From the NCBI GenBank assembly GCA_016219965.1, contig JACRJM010000007.1, positions 372,294-436,293 on the forward strand: DNA of 64,000 nucleotides. Direction: 5' to 3'. Position 1 is the first letter of the stretch. Each line of letters starts with the position of its first letter. Below the pieces are notes generated by a model. It ran no database searches. It was not told where the DNA came from and saw nothing but the letters and a program-made list of their open reading frames with translations. The stretch is from Candidatus Schekmanbacteria bacterium (GTDB lineage Bacteria; Schekmanbacteria; GWA2-38-11; J061). The position numbers were made by a program, and so were the translations under genes. Below, piece by piece: positions 60,631 to 64,000 of the stretch.

Positions 60631-60786
60631 ATGAATAAGATGAAAAAAATTTATAAAAAACCAACTATCAGAAAAGTAAAACTTGTTCCTGAAGAAGCAG
60701 TTCTCGGTGTTTGCAAGAGCGACACAGGCGCGGGACCAAATCAGTCAGTCTGCATCATCCCACAATGCTTTAATCCGGGAAGCTGA
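60631..60786 (+). CDS. Conserved 51-aa three-cysteine peptide (paralog 1), unknown function
   Basis: MNKMKKIYKKPTIRKVKLVPEEAVLGVCKSDTGAGPNQSVCIIPQCFNPGS; RBS AGGAGA 7 nt upstream; copy 2 differs at 17 codons, 13 of them synonymous. Confidence 0.65.
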   Translation: MNKMKKIYKKPTIRKVKLVPEEAVLGVCKSDTGAGPNQSVCIIPQCFNPGS

Positions 60787-60820
60787 TTATTTTATAAAAC
60801 AAATATCTGGGGGTATTGTG

Positions 60821-63271
60821 ATGGGGCGTAAATCAATTCTATTTATTATTGTGTTCTCAATCCTGTTAATTCCTTTCATTACTTTTGCAAACACACAACC
60901 TGATACATCAAAAGTTTTAGCTAAGGCGGCTAAGCTCCAGATACCTTTCATAGAGAACAAGGGACAGGTTCAGGACAAGTCTGTAAGATTTTATGCAAAC
61001 ACTTTTGCAGGCAATGTGTTCGTTACTGATAAAGGAGAGATAGTTTACGGGTTGGTAAACGGAGAAAGCTTTACTCCCCTTCGCGAAACTCTCATTGGTA
61101 CAATACCGTCAACTATAAAGGGCGAGAGCAAATCAGCAACACAGGTAAATTACTTCGTTGGTAATAAAGAAAACTGGAAGTCAAACATCTCCACATGGGA
61201 CAGCGTAAATCTCGGTGAAGTCTATGAAGGTGTGGAGTTAAAGCTCAAAGCATACGGACAAAATGTAGAAAAGCTTTTCTATGTAAATGAATGCGGAGAT
61301 GTTGATGATATTAAACTAACATTCGACGGTGCAGAAGATATTTTTGTCAATGAAAGCGGAGAACTTGAAGTAGAGACAGAACTCGGCACAGTGAAATTTA
61401 CCAAGCCCTTCGCCTATCAGGAGCTTGATGGAAAAAAGATTGAGGTAAAATGCAACTTCATCGTCCCTTCCTCTACCCTGCGGGGAGAGGAACGAGGTGA
61501 GGGGGAACTCTCCTACGGCTTCCAGGTCGCCTCATACGACAAGAACTATCCGCTGGTCATAGATCCATCTATTGTTTATTTTGGAACATTTGGTGGAGGT
61601 GTAACAACCATCCCCTATGATGTAACTCTCGATAATTCAGGAAATGTGTACATCACAGGACAAACTTATGGCACTCTCGGTGATTTTCCACTAATTTCTC
61701 CATTATATAGTTATAATAAAGGGGACAGTGATGTGTTTGTTTTAAAAATTAATGCAAGCGGCACCGCACTTGTTTATTCAACTTTTATCGGTGGAACCGG
61801 GGTTGATGTCGGCTATGGTATCGCAGTTGATAGCTCAGAGAATATTTATATTACAGGTTCGACAACATCATCTAATTTTCCCTTAATGTCTCCAATACAA
61901 GCTTTGAAAGCTGGAACAAATGATGCATTTATTACCAAAATAAATTCATCCGGAACATCCCTTATTTATTCAACATATCTGGGAGGTAGCAATTCTGATT
62001 ACTGTACCGCAATAGCAGTTGATAACTCGGGGAATGCCTATGTTACAGGAAATACCAATTCTACAAATTTCCCCTTGTCATCTCCATTGCAGGGAAGTTT
62101 TGGGGGAGGAAGTTACGACGCATTTTTAACAAAAATTAATTCTTCAGGAAATGTTTTTGTTTATTCTACATACCTTGGTGGAAGCGACTGGGAAAGGGGG
62201 AATAGTATTGCCGTTGATTCAGCAGGCAATGCATATGTGACTGGAAGCACACAATCAACAAATTTCCCTATATATAATGCCTTTCAATCAACTATGAAAG
62301 ACAACAATGGTTATTATTCCCAACATGCTTTTATAACAAAGATTAATTCTTCAGGCACGACATTTATTTTTTCAACATATTTTGGAGGAACTTTCGGTGC
62401 TGTTGGTAAAGGCATTGCAGTTGATTCATACGGTAATATCTATGTAGGCGGTGAAACTTTTTCCTATGATCTTCCAGTTACCAACTATCTTTCAAATCCT
62501 TTCCCTATGAGCACTAATGCCTTTGTAAGTAAATTTGACACAACAGGCGCCACACTTCTTTATTCTACTTTTTTCGGTGGAAGTTGGGAACAGACAGTAA
62601 ATGACATTGCTATAGACGGAGGCGGCAATATTTATATTGTCGGTTCAACATACTCTTATGTCGATTTTCCAGTTTATAGAGCCTTCCAGCCGCAATTCAA
62701 CAATACAAGTGGTCTTAAAGATGGTTTTGTAAGCAAAATAAATCCGGCAACCCAATCTTTTGAATATTCCTCTTATTTAGGTAGTTATAGTTATGGAGTT
62801 GATAATGTGGCATATGGGGTTGCCGCATCACTTGATGGCACTGCATATGTAGCGGGAGTATCTGGTTTGCCAAGAATTAACAGTCCTTCAGGTTTAAATG
62901 GCGGGGACGCTTTTATTGCTAAAATTGCAGATATCCCAACAGCTATAACTCTTTCATTATTTGAAATAAATCAGCACGGCAAAAAAGTCCTTTTAACTTG
63001 GCAAACCGCCACAGAGATCGACAACCTCGGATTCAACATCCTGCGCAGTGAGACTGCTGATGGTCAATATGTTAAGATAAATAACAGACTCATCAAAGCC
63101 AAAGGGAGTTCAACAAAAGGTGTGAGTTACAAGTTCAAAGATAAGAATATTGAGGCAGGAAAGACTTACTTCTACAAACTCGAAGATATTGACAGCAACA
63201 CAGGACCAAATCTGTCTGATGCGGTGAAAGTTAAAGTGACCGCAAGGAAGGGAAAAGAGAAGAAGAAATAA
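60821..63271 (+). CDS. Secreted SBBP-type beta-propeller repeat protein (paralog 2)
   Basis: Start at MGRKSILF after the same GGGGGTATTGTG RBS block; N-terminal ~240 aa and C-terminal ~110 aa near-identical to paralog 1 at DNA level, central repeat region divergent; ORF-track start at 60683 rejected. Confidence 0.8.
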   Translation: MGRKSILFIIVFSILLIPFITFANTQPDTSKVLAKAAKLQIPFIENKGQVQDKSVRFYANTFAGNVFVTDKGEIVYGLVNGESFTPLRETLIGTIPSTIKGESKSATQVNYFVGNKENWKSNISTWDSVNLGEVYEGVELKLKAYGQNVEKLFYVNECGDVDDIKLTFDGAEDIFVNESGELEVETELGTVKFTKPFAYQELDGKKIEVKCNFIVPSSTLRGEERGEGELSYGFQVASYDKNYPLVIDPSIVYFGTFGGGVTTIPYDVTLDNSGNVYITGQTYGTLGDFPLISPLYSYNKGDSDVFVLKINASGTALVYSTFIGGTGVDVGYGIAVDSSENIYITGSTTSSNFPLMSPIQALKAGTNDAFITKINSSGTSLIYSTYLGGSNSDYCTAIAVDNSGNAYVTGNTNSTNFPLSSPLQGSFGGGSYDAFLTKINSSGNVFVYSTYLGGSDWERGNSIAVDSAGNAYVTGSTQSTNFPIYNAFQSTMKDNNGYYSQHAFITKINSSGTTFIFSTYFGGTFGAVGKGIAVDSYGNIYVGGETFSYDLPVTNYLSNPFPMSTNAFVSKFDTTGATLLYSTFFGGSWEQTVNDIAIDGGGNIYIVGSTYSYVDFPVYRAFQPQFNNTSGLKDGFVSKINPATQSFEYSSYLGSYSYGVDNVAYGVAASLDGTAYVAGVSGLPRINSPSGLNGGDAFIAKIADIPTAITLSLFEINQHGKKVLLTWQTATEIDNLGFNILRSETADGQYVKINNRLIKAKGSSTKGVSYKFKDKNIEAGKTYFYKLEDIDSNTGPNLSDAVKVKVTARKGKEKKK

Positions 63272-63390
63272 AAGATTCTGGATCCCGCATCAAGTGCGGG
63301 ATGACAAAAGTGACTGTGCTGGATGCCGGCTCAAGTCCGGCATGACAGATTATTAAAGAATGACAACAGGATTAATAGGAGAATATAATA

Positions 63391-63546
63391 ATGAATAAGG
63401 TAAAGAAGGCTTACAGAAAACCAACCATCAGAAAAGTAAAACTTGTTCCGGAAGAGGCAGTCCTTGGCGTATGCAAGAGCGACACAGGCGCAGGCCCAAA
63501 TCAGTCAACCTGCATCATCCCGCAATGCTTTAATCCGGGAAGCTGA
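63391..63546 (+). CDS. Conserved 51-aa three-cysteine peptide (paralog 2)
   Basis: MNKVKKAYRKPTIRKVKLVPEEAVLGVCKSDTGAGPNQSTCIIPQCFNPGS; below the ORF-track size cutoff but clearly the copy of 60631-60786. Confidence 0.65.
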   Translation: MNKVKKAYRKPTIRKVKLVPEEAVLGVCKSDTGAGPNQSTCIIPQCFNPGS

Positions 63547-63600
63547 TAGAATTATTATGAGCCGCTGCAACTTTTTATATAAATTGAATAAGGAGCGGGT

Positions 63601-64000
63601 TATGGTAAATCAAAAATTGATTTCTACCATGTTGTTTTTAATCACAGCATCCGCCTTTCTATTTACAACGAGTTCTGGCGCAGGCGAAATCACATTAGCT
63701 CCGATTGCAGACGGATCAGTGGCAAGACAATATACGACATATTCAATATTTACACCAGGTTCAGTTAAATTTGGCGAAGGAAATACTGTAGTTTCTAATG
63801 ACAATATTACAGTTCATCAACAAAGGGGTTATAGTTTCAATGATGTTGAATGTGAAGAAGGTATAATCGAGTTTGATATTACTTCTCTGAGCGAGCTATC
63901 TCCGGGTAGTTTCAATGCAGAATTAATACTCACTGTAGACAACTCAAACTGGCCTGCCGTACAATATCCTTCGACAGCGTATAACGAATTATTTGTTTAT
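63601..64000 (+). CDS. Secreted hypothetical protein, 5' partial (runs off window end)
   Basis: RBS AAGGAG then ATG; signal-peptide-like MVNQKLISTMLFLITASAFLFTTSSGAGE; open frame to the window edge. Confidence 0.5.

Noticed and set aside
60601-60786. 61-aa ORF-track version of the small peptide starting MTTGLIGEYK
   Set aside because: The upstream ATG is out of frame in copy 2 (1-nt indel in the spacer), while the ATGAATAAG start with its AGGAGA RBS is conserved in both copies.
60683-60820. ORF-track N-terminal extension of paralog 2 (MFLKKQFSVFARATQ..)
   Set aside because: It overlaps the peptide-1 gene in another frame; the conserved RBS and signal-peptide start of paralog 1 recur at 60821.
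58002-63271. Diversity-generating retroelement as the source of variation between the two beta-propeller paralogs
   Set aside because: No reverse transcriptase gene in the window and no template/variable repeat pair with adenine-specific mismatches; variation is by replacement of whole repeat blocks.

Overview
This 64-kb window looks like a low-GC chromosome segment from an uncultured-type bacterium, mostly housekeeping genes with one accessory stretch and one duplicated secreted-protein module. All calls are from reading the sequence and ORF translations by eye; no searches or computations were run. Core content: holA/holB, nadE, a PilB/GspE-like ATPase, a glycosyltransferase cluster, panC, pgsA, a B12-binding radical SAM gene, ftsEX-envC-ctpA, htrA, a thiamine operon (thiS-thiG-thiE-thiDN-thiC) behind a TPP riboswitch, tRNA-Cys and tRNA-Gly, lolCE, lysS, prfB with its +1 frameshift, cdsA-uppS-frr-pyrH-tsf-rpsB, ppdK, glyQS and lolD. 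The two most unusual regions are (1) an ~8-kb accessory island (about 30.3-38.5 kb) between the riboswitch and the tRNA pair, with cassette-like repeats, orphan antitoxin-like genes and a HEPN/AbiJ-like protein, and (2) a tandemly duplicated module at 58-63.5 kb, each copy a large secreted beta-propeller-repeat protein followed by a conserved 51-aa three-cysteine peptide. A radical SAM/SPASM maturase with an N-terminal RRE-like domain sits at the window start, with any precursor probably off the 5' edge. No CRISPR array, integrase, transposase, reverse transcriptase or phage structural gene was seen.
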